This document shows positions 31,181 to 40,127 of a stretch of DNA of 64,000 nucleotides, piece by piece. Each line of letters opens with the position of its first letter. Position 1 is the stretch's first letter. The notes beneath the pieces are model-generated. The model saw only the letters and a program-made list of their open reading frames with translations. It was not told where the DNA came from and did no database searches. The translations under genes were made by a program, and so were the position numbers. Origin of the DNA: an uncultured Leifsonia sp. (GTDB taxonomy: Bacteria; Actinomycetota; Actinomycetes; Actinomycetales; Microbacteriaceae); NCBI GenBank assembly GCA_964655795.1, contig CAZZNX010000001.1, forward strand, positions 2,400 to 66,399, read 5' to 3'.

Positions 31181-32038
31181 TCACGCGCCCTTCTGTGCCT
31201 TCTTGCGGCCGCTGCGTGCCGGCACCTTCGCTCCGGTTTCCTTGGCCCGCCCCGCGGCCGATTTGTTCTTCTCGATGCTGCGCCGCAGCGCGTCCATCAG
31301 GTCGATGACGTCGCCGCCCGATTCGGGCACTTCGCCGAAGGTGACGGCGGTGTTGACGACCTTGCCGGTCTTCAGTTTCTCGTCGATGAGTTTGCGCAGC
31401 TGCGCCTGGTACTCGTCGTGGTACTGCGACGGATCGAAGTCGGCGGCGAAGGAGCTGACGAGTGCTGAAGACATCTCGAGCTCCTTGCTCGCGATGTTCA
31501 CCCGTGTCTCGAGGGAGGCGAACTCCGGGGCGCGGATCTCGTCGTCCCACAGCAGAGACTGCAGCATGAGCGCCTTGCCGCGCACGCGCAGCGCGCCGAG
31601 ACGGGTCTTCTGGCGCAGCGCGAAGTGCACGATGGCCGTCAGATCCGTGGACTCCAGGGTGCGCCGCAGCAGCACATAGGCCTTGGGCGACGTGGAGTCC
31701 GGTTCCAGGTAGTAGCTGCGGTCGAGCATGATCGGGTCCAGCTGTGCGCTCGGCACGAACTCGACGATCTCGATCTCGCGGCTGCGCTCCTCCGGCAGCC
31801 CGCGCAGCTCCTTGTCGCTGAGCACCACGGTGTGCTCGTCATCCGCGTACGCCTTGTCGATGTGCTCGTACTCGACGATGCGCCCGCACACCTCGCACTT
31901 GCGTTGGTAGCGGATCCGGCCGCCGTCCTTGTCGTGCACCTGATGGAGTGGGATGTCGTGGTCTTCGGTCGCGCTGTACAGCTTGACCGGCACGTTCACC
32001 AATCCGAATGCAACAGAGCCTTTCCAGATCGCCCTCAT
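31181..32038 (-). CDS. ku: Ku protein (bacterial NHEJ DNA-end-binding protein)
   Basis: MRAIWKGSVAFGLVNVPVKLYSATEDHDIPLHQVH... with a Lys/Arg-rich C-terminal tail. It is divergent from ligD. Confidence 0.95.
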   Translation of the reverse strand: MRAIWKGSVAFGLVNVPVKLYSATEDHDIPLHQVHDKDGGRIRYQRKCEVCGRIVEYEHIDKAYADDEHTVVLSDKELRGLPEERSREIEIVEFVPSAQLDPIMLDRSYYLEPDSTSPKAYVLLRRTLESTDLTAIVHFALRQKTRLGALRVRGKALMLQSLLWDDEIRAPEFASLETRVNIASKELEMSSALVSSFAADFDPSQYHDEYQAQLRKLIDEKLKTGKVVNTAVTFGEVPESGGDVIDLMDALRRSIEKNKSAAGRAKETGAKVPARSGRKKAQKGA

Positions 32039-32056
32039 GGCTCCAGTACACACCCC

Positions 32057-32091
32057 TTGCGGGCGAGCGTCTAGAGACGCATGCTCGGGAC
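32057..32091 (+). promoter_or_regulatory. Predicted ligD promoter giving a leaderless mRNA
   Basis: TTGCGG (32057-32062), 17 nt, CATGCT (32080-32085), 6 nt, ATG 32092. No SD is present. The geometry and hexamers match those upstream of paralogue 2. Confidence 0.45.
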
Positions 32092-34521
32092 ATGGCATCG
32101 AAGCAGCAGCCCGTTGTCTCCGTCGGTGGGCGCACGATCAAGCTGACGAACCTCGACAAGGTTCTCTACCCGGAGACGGGGACGACCAAAGCGGACGTGA
32201 TCGACTACTACGTGACCGTGGCCGACGTCATGCTCCCCCACGTGAAGGATCGGCCGGCGACGCGCAAGCGCTGGGTGCACGGAGTGGGCACCGCAGAGGA
32301 GCCCGGCGCCGTGTTCTTCCAGAAGGACCTCGGCGATTCCGCACCGGAATGGGTCGCCCGCGGTGTCATCGAGCACTCCGACCACTCCAACACCTACCCG
32401 CTCGTGAACGACGTGGCCACCCTCACCTGGCTGGGGCAGATCGCCGCACTCGAGATCCACGTGCCGCAGTGGCGCTTCGACGCCCAGGGGCGCAAGCAGA
32501 ACCCCGACCGCTTCGTCCTGGACCTCGACCCCGGCGACGGTGTTCCACTCGCCGACTGCGCGGAGGTCGCCGTGTTGGCCCGCGGAATCCTCCGCGACAT
32601 GGGGCTCGACCCGATCCCGGTCACGAGCGGGAGCAAGGGAATCCACCTCTACGCGGCGCTCGACGGGAGCCAGTCCTCCGACGACGTCACCGAGGTGGCA
32701 CACGAGCTGGCCAGGGCGCTGGAGGCCGAGCACCCGGACGACATCGTGAGCTCGATGTCGCGTGCCCTCCGGCCGGGCAAGGTGTTCATCGACTGGAGCC
32801 AGAACCGCGCGGCCAAGACGACGGTCGCCCCCTACTCTCTGCGGGGCAAGCTGCGCCCGATGGTCGCCGCACCCCGCACCTGGCGCGAGTTGATGTCGAA
32901 AGACCTCCGCCAACTCGACTACCGGGAGACCATCCGGCGCGTCAAGGATCGGGGCGACCCGATGGCGGCGTTGGCCGGCGCTCCCGCCAGCGGCGATCGT
33001 CTTGCGCACTACCGCGAGCGCCGCGACGCCTCCAAGACCCCGGAACCGATGCCGGATTCGTACCGGGGCGGGCACGGTCGGCAATTCGTCATCCAGGAAC
33101 ACCGCGCGCGGGCCCACCACTTCGACTTCCGGCTCGAACACGACGGCGTGCTTGTCTCCTGGGCGCTGCCGAGGGGCATGCCCAGCGATGCGCAACACAA
33201 TCGGCTCGCGGTGCAGACCGAGGACCACCCGATCGAATACGCCGCATTCGAGGGGGTGATCCCCCGCGGGGAGTACGGCGCGGGAACGGTGGAGATCTGG
33301 GATGCCGGCGACTACGAGCTCGAGAAGTGGCGGGAAGACGAGGTGATCGTCTCCCTGCACGGACGAGCGGACGGCGGGCTGGGAACGCCAACCCGGGTGG
33401 CACTCATCCGCACCACCCCGGCCGTCGATGGCAAGGGAGCCTCCTGGCTCCTGCACCGCATGAAGGCACAGACGCCCGACCCCGAATGGAGCAGGCAGAG
33501 CGCCGAGGACTCCGGCGCGGTCGCGAACGAGATGAGGCAACGCGGCGAGCTGGCGCCGATGCTCGCGACGCTGGCGGAGCGCGAGGGACTCGACGACGAA
33601 GACGAGTGGGCCATCGAAATGAAGTGGGACGGCATCCGTGCCATCGCCGTCGTCGACGCCAATGCCGGCACCGCTGATCTGTCGAGTCGGAACGGACTCG
33701 ATCTCAGCCGAAGCTATCCCGAGCTGATCGCGGCGTTGCTGCGGGCCGCGGCACACACGGGGCACGCCGTTCTCGACGGTGAGATCGTCGCGCCCGACAG
33801 CGCGGGGCGTCCGGACTTCGGGCGGCTCCAGACCCGCATGGGGCTCACCGCGGAGCGCGAGGTCGAACGCGCCGCGCAGAGCGTGCCCGTGCAGTTCATC
33901 GTTTTCGACGTGCTCGAGCTCGACGGAGTCTCGCTCATCGACCGCAGCTACGACGAGCGCCGCCGCCGCCTCGAATACGCGCTCGCACCGACGCCGAAGG
34001 TTGTGCTGCCCGCCGCGATCACGGTGGGGCTGGATGCCGCACTGGACATCAGCGAGGATCTCGGCCTGGAGGGCGTCGTGGCGAAACGGCGCGATGGCAG
34101 CTACAAGTCGGGGCGGCGCTCAACCGACTGGCTCAAGTTCAAACACCTCCGCACGCAGGAGGTCGTCATCGGCGGCTGGCGGCCCGGCAACGGCGCCAGG
34201 CACGACAGCATCGGCTCCCTCCTGCTCGGAGTGCCGACGGATGACGGCCTCCGCTACGTCGGCCGCGTCGGCACCGGCTTCAGCGCGAAGGCACTGGACG
34301 CCGCCCGCGCGCGCATGGCCGGCCGCGCCAGCACGAGCAGCCCGTTCATCGACGTGCCCACGTCGGTCGCCAAGGACGCCCACTGGGTCAGCCCCGATCT
34401 GGTCGCGGAAGTCGAGTTCTTCGAATGGACCTCGACCGGTCAGCTGCGGCAGCCGTCCTGGCGCGGCTGGCGACCGGACAAGGCAGTGACCGACGTTGCG
34501 ATGGAGGAGGGGAAACGATGA
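32092..34521 (+). CDS. ligD: Multidomain ATP-dependent DNA ligase LigD (Pol/primase - phosphoesterase - ligase order)
   Basis: N-terminal Pol domain (IKLTNLDKVLYPETGTTKADVIDYY, RPATRKRW), PE domain (FVIQEHRARAHHFDFRLE...WALPRG) and ligase KxDG motif (EMKWDGIRA). ATG 32092. Confidence 0.95.
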   Translation: MASKQQPVVSVGGRTIKLTNLDKVLYPETGTTKADVIDYYVTVADVMLPHVKDRPATRKRWVHGVGTAEEPGAVFFQKDLGDSAPEWVARGVIEHSDHSNTYPLVNDVATLTWLGQIAALEIHVPQWRFDAQGRKQNPDRFVLDLDPGDGVPLADCAEVAVLARGILRDMGLDPIPVTSGSKGIHLYAALDGSQSSDDVTEVAHELARALEAEHPDDIVSSMSRALRPGKVFIDWSQNRAAKTTVAPYSLRGKLRPMVAAPRTWRELMSKDLRQLDYRETIRRVKDRGDPMAALAGAPASGDRLAHYRERRDASKTPEPMPDSYRGGHGRQFVIQEHRARAHHFDFRLEHDGVLVSWALPRGMPSDAQHNRLAVQTEDHPIEYAAFEGVIPRGEYGAGTVEIWDAGDYELEKWREDEVIVSLHGRADGGLGTPTRVALIRTTPAVDGKGASWLLHRMKAQTPDPEWSRQSAEDSGAVANEMRQRGELAPMLATLAEREGLDDEDEWAIEMKWDGIRAIAVVDANAGTADLSSRNGLDLSRSYPELIAALLRAAAHTGHAVLDGEIVAPDSAGRPDFGRLQTRMGLTAEREVERAAQSVPVQFIVFDVLELDGVSLIDRSYDERRRRLEYALAPTPKVVLPAAITVGLDAALDISEDLGLEGVVAKRRDGSYKSGRRSTDWLKFKHLRTQEVVIGGWRPGNGARHDSIGSLLLGVPTDDGLRYVGRVGTGFSAKALDAARARMAGRASTSSPFIDVPTSVAKDAHWVSPDLVAEVEFFEWTSTGQLRQPSWRGWRPDKAVTDVAMEEGKR

Positions 34522-35258
34522 CCGGAGCCGCGGACCGCGAGCCGACGGTCGACAAGAAGACCGACCTGAATATCGAGCGCGAGGCCCGCGCTGAGCCGCG
34601 CTGGCCTGCGGTGCTGGCGCTGCTCATCGCGCTCTCGCTGTACACCCTCCTGCCGACCGATGTCACGCCGACTCCCGTTCGGATCATCGTCGTCGTGGCC
34701 GGCATCGCCATGCTGATTCCGGTGCTCATCCTGAACCCCGTCCGCCTCAGCAAACAGAACTCATGGTCGCGGAGGCTCTCCGTCGGGCAGGCGCTCCTGC
34801 TCGTCGTTGCCAACTACGCCGCACTCATCCAGGTGATCTTTCTGCTCGTGACGACAACCGCGGAGGACGCGCCATCGATCTTGGTGACCGCGGCACAGGT
34901 CTGGATCACGAATGTGATCGCGTTCACGCTCGTGTACTGGGAGATGGACCGTGGCGGCCCCGTTGCCCGTCGCGTCGACCGACGCGACGAACTACCCATG
35001 GCCGACTACCGCTTCCCGCAGGACGAGGACCGGGACGCGGTCGCGGAGGTGGCGAAGCGGTCGTCGGAGGCGATCGACTGGACCCCATCGTTCATCGACT
35101 ACCTCTACGAGGCAGGGGTGAGCGCGATGGCCTTCAGCCCGGGTTCCGGAGTGCCCCTGTCGCCACGGATGAAGTTCTTGATGCTCGCACAATCGGCCGC
35201 ATCCTTCGTGATGCTCGCCCTCGTGATCGCGCACGCCGTCGGCCAGATCGGGGCCTGA
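34518..35258 (+). CDS. DUF1345-family membrane protein
   Basis: 246 aa with 4-5 TM segments and WITNVIAFTLVYWEMDRGGP. Its ATG overlaps the ligD stop (ATGA). Confidence 0.7.
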   Translation: MTGAADREPTVDKKTDLNIEREARAEPRWPAVLALLIALSLYTLLPTDVTPTPVRIIVVVAGIAMLIPVLILNPVRLSKQNSWSRRLSVGQALLLVVANYAALIQVIFLLVTTTAEDAPSILVTAAQVWITNVIAFTLVYWEMDRGGPVARRVDRRDELPMADYRFPQDEDRDAVAEVAKRSSEAIDWTPSFIDYLYEAGVSAMAFSPGSGVPLSPRMKFLMLAQSAASFVMLALVIAHAVGQIGA

Positions 35259-35345
35259 CTTTCATCCGGACGCTCCGAAGTCAAGCCATTTCATCGCGCG
35301 GGGCGTCGACCTAGCGTTGGATACCGAGCGGAAGGAGCACTGCCG

Positions 35346-35600
35346 ATGGACCAATCAAGCGAGATGCCCGACGACGACTCCGTCGGAACGCAGGACGAAC
35401 CGATCATGGATGTCGACGAGGTCTCTGACCGGGACAAGCTCGATGGCATCATCGCCCAGACGGTCTCCGATCTCGGAGCCCAGCATCCGCGCACCGACAT
35501 CGAGGCCGTGGTGGTCGAACGCAGCAGAGAATCGGGGCTGCACATCTCACGCACCGACATCTCCACAGCGGTCGGATCCGCCATCGAGGGCGGGCGCTGA
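35346..35600 (+). CDS. Small acidic hypothetical protein (84 aa)
   Basis: GGAAGGAG SD and coding-like codon usage. It ends 6 nt before the topoisomerase IB start. Confidence 0.55.
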   Translation: MDQSSEMPDDDSVGTQDEPIMDVDEVSDRDKLDGIIAQTVSDLGAQHPRTDIEAVVVERSRESGLHISRTDISTAVGSAIEGGR

Positions 35601-35606
35601 CACCCG

Positions 35607-36581
35607 ATGGTGCGGCTGCGAACGGCCGACCCGTCGGCGCCCGGTTGGACCCTGCGCCGAAACGGCACCGGCATCAGGGTGCTCGACGAACGTGGCCGCG
35701 TGATCACCGACGAGGAGCGACGTGAGCGGGTGACCGCGCTGAGCATCCCACCGGCGTGGAGCATGGTCTGGATCGCGCCGCAGCCGAACGCTCACATCCA
35801 GGCGGTCGGAACCGATTCACAGGGCCGCAGGCAGTACATCTACCACGAGCAGTGGAGCCGGGCCCGCGCGCGTCAGAAGTACGACAGGGCACTGGAGCTG
35901 GCGGTGAGCCTGCCGAGCGCCAGAGCGGTGGTCACCCGCGACCTCCGCGGGGCGGCCGGCACCCGTGAGCGCGCGCTGGCCGTGGCGTTCCGGCTCCTGG
36001 ACAGCGCGCTGCTCCGCGTCGGGAGTGAGCGTTACGAACGCGCGCACGGCAGCAGGGGTCTCACGACGCTGCTCGGCTCCGATGCCCACGTGCATGGCGA
36101 CACCGTGCTGCTGGAGTTCGTCGGCAAGGGCGCCGTCGACTGGTCGTCGGAGACGAGCGACCCCGACCTCGCCGCGGCCGTGCGCTCGCTGAAGCGCCGC
36201 GGCCCAGACGCCCGCCTTCTCGCGTGGAAGGACGACGCGGAGTGGCGGCCGCTTCACGCCACCGAGGTGAACGAGTACGTGCGTGCCCGCACCCACGGCG
36301 ACTTCACCGCCAAGGACTTCCGCACCCTGCACGGCACCGTCCTCGCGGCTCAGGCACTCGCGGCTGAGGGGCCACAGGACGACGCCCGTGCCAGAAAGCA
36401 GGCGATCGTCCGCGCAACGGCGGTCACGGCACTCGCCCTCGGCAACACCCCGGCGATCGCACGCGCGAACTACATCGACCCCCGCGTGTTCGATCGATAC
36501 CGGGACGGGCGCGTTCTCGCGACCGGGTCGATCGCGGCGGAGCGGGCCGTCCGCGCGCTCATCCTCGGCGACCCGGGCTGA
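35607..36581 (+). CDS. Type IB DNA topoisomerase (poxvirus-like bacterial TopIB)
   Basis: 324 aa with IPPAWSMVWIAPQPNAHIQAVGTDSQGRRQYIYH, FVGKG, FTAKDFRTLHGT and a catalytic-Tyr context ARANYIDPRV. Confidence 0.85.
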   Translation: MVRLRTADPSAPGWTLRRNGTGIRVLDERGRVITDEERRERVTALSIPPAWSMVWIAPQPNAHIQAVGTDSQGRRQYIYHEQWSRARARQKYDRALELAVSLPSARAVVTRDLRGAAGTRERALAVAFRLLDSALLRVGSERYERAHGSRGLTTLLGSDAHVHGDTVLLEFVGKGAVDWSSETSDPDLAAAVRSLKRRGPDARLLAWKDDAEWRPLHATEVNEYVRARTHGDFTAKDFRTLHGTVLAAQALAAEGPQDDARARKQAIVRATAVTALALGNTPAIARANYIDPRVFDRYRDGRVLATGSIAAERAVRALILGDPG

Positions 36582-36593
36582 GCCCTGCGGCCG

Positions 36594-37925
36594 CTAGGGC
36601 GTCCACCACGGCCGCAGCGGCAGCTCGTCGCTCGGCCCGCCGGGCTTGGCCATCAGCACCTGGTGCAACTGGATCCCGTTGTTCTCGAAACCGAGCCGCG
36701 AACCGGCCATGTAGAGGCCCCAGACCTTCGCGGTCGGCAGCCCGACCTCGGCGACGGCCTCGTCCCAGTGCTCGACCAGATTGGCGCACCAGTCGCGCAG
36801 CGTGAGCGCATAGTGCCTCCGCAGATTCTCTTCGTGCAACACCTCGAGGCCGGCATCCTGCGCGTCGGTGATGATGCGCCCGGAACCGGTCAGCTCACCG
36901 TCGGGGAACACGTAGCGGTCGATGAAGCCGCGGGCCGCCGGTGCGGTGCGGTTCTCGGGCCGGGTGATGCAGTGGTTCAGCAGCAGCCCGCCCGGCCGCA
37001 GCCTGGACTGCAGGAACTCGAAGTAGGCGGGGTAGTTGCGCACGCCGATGTGCTCGAGCAGGCCGATCGATGAGACCGCATCGAAGCGACCCTCGACGAT
37101 GTCGCGGTAGTCGCCGTAGCGCACCTCGGCCAGCTCGCCGAGTCCCTCATCGACGATGGCCCGCTTCGCCCACGCGGTCTGTTCGCGGGACAGCGTGACG
37201 CCGGTGGCCCGGACGCCGCGGCGCGCCGCGTACCGCACCATGCCGCCCCAGCCGCAGCCGACATCGAGCAGGCGGTCGCCTGGCTTCAGGCGCAGCTTCT
37301 CGAACACGAGCCGGTACTTGTTCTCCTGCGCCGCATCGAGGCCGGCCGTCTCGTCCGGGTAGCACGCGCAGGTGTACGTCATCGACGGGCCGAGCACCCA
37401 CTCGTAGAACGTGTTCGACACGTCGTAGTGGTGGTGGATCGCCTCGGCGTCACGGGCCTTGCTGTGCCGCATGCCCTCGGCGACGCGACGCCAGCGGGGC
37501 GGTGCCTCGCCGGGCGGCGGGGCGATCGGGCGGAGGTGCTCAATGCCGATGGAGCGCACGATCTCCAGCATCGTCCGTGCCGGCGGGCGCGTGAAGACGA
37601 GGCTGTCGGCGAGCGTCTTCAGCAGCTCGTACGGGTCGCCCGGGTGCACACCGCGGATCTCGAGGTCGCCGGCGATGTAGGCACGGGCCAGGCCGAGGTC
37701 GCCGCCGCCCGTTGCGAGGTAGCTCGTGCCGCGCGGCGTCTTCAGATCCAACCCGAACGGTGCGTCCGGCGGTCCCGCCGAACTGCCGTCGTACGCGGTG
37801 AAGCGCAGCGGGAGCCGGCCGCCGGCGAGGATCTCCAGCACGGCGGCGAGGCTGAGTTTGCCGTCGGGCTCAGTGGCGTCCGGCATCCGTTGGCTCGTTG
37901 ATGCCTTGCCCTTGGTTGTCGTCAT
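36594..37925 (-). CDS. Cyclopropane-fatty-acyl-phospholipid synthase family SAM methyltransferase (BfaB/TmsB/UfaA1-like)
   Basis: HYDVSNTFYEWVLGPSMTYTCACY and LLDVGCGWGGM, 443 aa. Its ATG overlaps the stop of the FAD protein gene. Confidence 0.88.
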   Translation of the reverse strand: MTTTKGKASTSQRMPDATEPDGKLSLAAVLEILAGGRLPLRFTAYDGSSAGPPDAPFGLDLKTPRGTSYLATGGGDLGLARAYIAGDLEIRGVHPGDPYELLKTLADSLVFTRPPARTMLEIVRSIGIEHLRPIAPPPGEAPPRWRRVAEGMRHSKARDAEAIHHHYDVSNTFYEWVLGPSMTYTCACYPDETAGLDAAQENKYRLVFEKLRLKPGDRLLDVGCGWGGMVRYAARRGVRATGVTLSREQTAWAKRAIVDEGLGELAEVRYGDYRDIVEGRFDAVSSIGLLEHIGVRNYPAYFEFLQSRLRPGGLLLNHCITRPENRTAPAARGFIDRYVFPDGELTGSGRIITDAQDAGLEVLHEENLRRHYALTLRDWCANLVEHWDEAVAEVGLPTAKVWGLYMAGSRLGFENNGIQLHQVLMAKPGGPSDELPLRPWWTP

Positions 37926-39316
37926 CGTCGTTGCACCGCCTTCGCGTAGAGGTCGAGCAGGCGGGAATCAGGGTCGTAGCGCCGCTTCACCGCCCGGTAG
38001 GCCTCCCCGCCGTAGAGCTCGTCGAATTCCTGCGGGGAGTAGTAGGAGTCGGAGTACAGCGACTTGTGCCCGTCGAGCGCGCCGACCTCGCGCTCGATCA
38101 GCCGGTTCGTCGCCCCGAAGTTCACGGCCCCGGGGCTCGAGCTGATCGGCACCGTCGACCAGAAGCCGACGTTGACGTAGTTCCGCTTCGGCTGGAGCGG
38201 GTACAGCGGCCACGCCTCGTCACCGCGCAGTCGCAGCGGGCAGAGCCACACGGGCGTAATGGGAACCGTCGCGAGGAACCAATCCAGGAACTCCGCGCAC
38301 CGCTCGATCGGCACCTCGACGTCTTGCACAACGCGCTCCCGCGGCGGCAGGCCTTTGAGTTTCTCGATGCGGTCGCCGATGTGGAAGCGCTGTTCGTACA
38401 CCATCAGCTTCGAGTAGACGCTGCTGCGCCGGTAGCGGCTCGGCCAGAGCCGGCGGATGCTCGGGTTCTGCGCGCCGAACGCCTCCGAGCACCAGAACCA
38501 GTCCGCGTCCCAGCGCCACAGGTAGTCGGCGATGCTCAGGCGATCCTCCGTCACCCCGTGCGCGTGCTGGATCGAGCGGTAGTAGATGCCCTGTCCGGTG
38601 TAGTCGCTGACGGGGCCGGATGCCGCGCTCGCCGCGCCCAGGCAGAGGTAGCCCTCGTCCGCGCTGAACACGACGCCGTCGAGGTAGTCGACGGCGACGC
38701 CCTCGAACTCGCCCGTCTCCATGATCCCGGCCATCGCCCGCAGCAGCGCGTCGATGACGTGGAACCGCACATGCCGGAGCGCGACGAACGGTGCGACCGG
38801 CTCGAGCTCGATGCGGAGGCGCACCGCATAGCCGAGCGTTCCGTATGAGTTGGGGAATGCCCGGAAGAGTTCGGGGTTCTCGGTGGGCGAGGCGGTGAGC
38901 ACCTCGCCGGCGCCGGTGAGGATGTCCATCTCCAGCACCGACTCGTGCGGCAGTCCGCTGCGGAAGGAGGTGGACTCGATGCCGAGGCCGGTGACCGCGC
39001 CGCCGAGGGTGATCGTCTTCAGTTGCGGGACAACCAACGGTGCCAGGCCGTGCGGGAGCGTCGCGGCCACGAGGTCTTCGTAGCTGCACATGCCTGCGAC
39101 ATCCGCGGTCCGTCCGTCGACGTCGACCGCGATCACGCCGGTGAGCCCGGAGGTGTCGAGCCCGGGGGCACTGGCCTTGCTGCGGGTGCGGAACAGATTC
39201 GAGGTGCGCTTGGCGAGGCGCACGGGCGCCGCCTCCGGCACGGCGCGATAGCTCGCCAGAAGGCGCTCCACGCCGGCGGCGTGAGCGCTCCGCGCGGCAA
39301 CCACAGGAGCGGGCAC
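37922..39316 (-). CDS. FAD-binding (FAD_binding_4) oxidoreductase (BfaA/TmsA-like)
   Basis: 464 aa with the FAD-binding PCMH-type region GLTGVIAVDVDGRTADVAGMCSYEDLV...TLGGAVTGLGIESTSF. It is translationally coupled to the methyltransferase. Confidence 0.82.
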   Translation of the reverse strand: MPAPVVAARSAHAAGVERLLASYRAVPEAAPVRLAKRTSNLFRTRSKASAPGLDTSGLTGVIAVDVDGRTADVAGMCSYEDLVAATLPHGLAPLVVPQLKTITLGGAVTGLGIESTSFRSGLPHESVLEMDILTGAGEVLTASPTENPELFRAFPNSYGTLGYAVRLRIELEPVAPFVALRHVRFHVIDALLRAMAGIMETGEFEGVAVDYLDGVVFSADEGYLCLGAASAASGPVSDYTGQGIYYRSIQHAHGVTEDRLSIADYLWRWDADWFWCSEAFGAQNPSIRRLWPSRYRRSSVYSKLMVYEQRFHIGDRIEKLKGLPPRERVVQDVEVPIERCAEFLDWFLATVPITPVWLCPLRLRGDEAWPLYPLQPKRNYVNVGFWSTVPISSSPGAVNFGATNRLIEREVGALDGHKSLYSDSYYSPQEFDELYGGEAYRAVKRRYDPDSRLLDLYAKAVQRR

Positions 39317-39368
39317 GCGTCCACGCTATCCCTCGGGCGCTCTCAGCGCGAGGGTCAGCTCAGCGAGC

Positions 39369-40010
39369 TCAGCTGGCCGCGCCGAAGATCCGGAATCTCA
39401 GTGCCAGCAGATCATCCAGCCTGGAGGGCTCGGCATATGCAGCGAGAAGGACGTCCCACAGCTCGCCGACGCGCATCTTCAGATCGCCCATATTGGTGAG
39501 CACATCGGAGAGCAACTGCACGCCGGTGAACGACGGAATGATGAAATGGGCGAGCCGGGCGGGGTCGGCGCTGTGGCGGAGCTCCCCCGCGGCAACGGCA
39601 CGGCGCACGAGGTCTTCGAAGGTCGCCAGCCAGTCGTCGTATGGCGCCCTGGTCGGCGGGTCGAAGATGGCACCACCGGTGGTCAATCGGATGCCGGCTC
39701 GCACGACGACGTCGCTCACGAGCCACCCGGCGAGGTCGGCGCACATGAGCATCATCGTCTCGGCCGGGCTGGCGGTCGCCTCGAAGATCTCCGCCGCCGA
39801 AACCGTCACACGGCGGTGCTGCTCGTCGATGACGGCGCGCGCGATCTCTTCCTTGGAGTTGAAGTGGAAGTACAGCGCGCCCTTGGTGACTCCGGCGGTC
39901 TCGGCGATGGCCGCGATCGACGCATCCGCGTAGCCGACACGGTAGAAGGCGGCAGCGGCGCCGGCGACGATGCGCTCCCGCGTCTGAACCGCCCGGTCCT
40001 GCTGTGCCAT
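39369..40010 (-). CDS. TetR-family regulator of the ScbR/ArpA (gamma-butyrolactone-receptor-like) subfamily
   Basis: MAQQDRAVQTRERIVAGAAAAFYRVGYADASIAAIAETAGVTKGALYFHFNSKEEIA closely parallels the ScbR N-terminus as I remember it. VRAGIRL and a Trp in PYDDWLATF sit at the receptor-Trp position. ATG 40010. Confidence 0.8.
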   Translation of the reverse strand: MAQQDRAVQTRERIVAGAAAAFYRVGYADASIAAIAETAGVTKGALYFHFNSKEEIARAVIDEQHRRVTVSAAEIFEATASPAETMMLMCADLAGWLVSDVVVRAGIRLTTGGAIFDPPTRAPYDDWLATFEDLVRRAVAAGELRHSADPARLAHFIIPSFTGVQLLSDVLTNMGDLKMRVGELWDVLLAAYAEPSRLDDLLALRFRIFGAAS

Positions 40011-40127
40011 CGCTCTCCCACTTCTGCCGAGAGCAATCTTATCCAGCGAGCTCGAGAGCCCGATGGTGACGGGCAGCCCCCAATTCTGCCCGTCACTGCA
40101 GGCGTCGCGAACGACGCCTACACCCGC

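Noticed and set aside
32068-32079. Near-palindrome CGTCT-ag-AGACG in the ku/ligD spacer, considered as a possible operator.
   Set aside because: It has only 5-bp arms and lies inside the predicted promoter spacers of both genes. It is kept as context for the promoter finding rather than called as a site.
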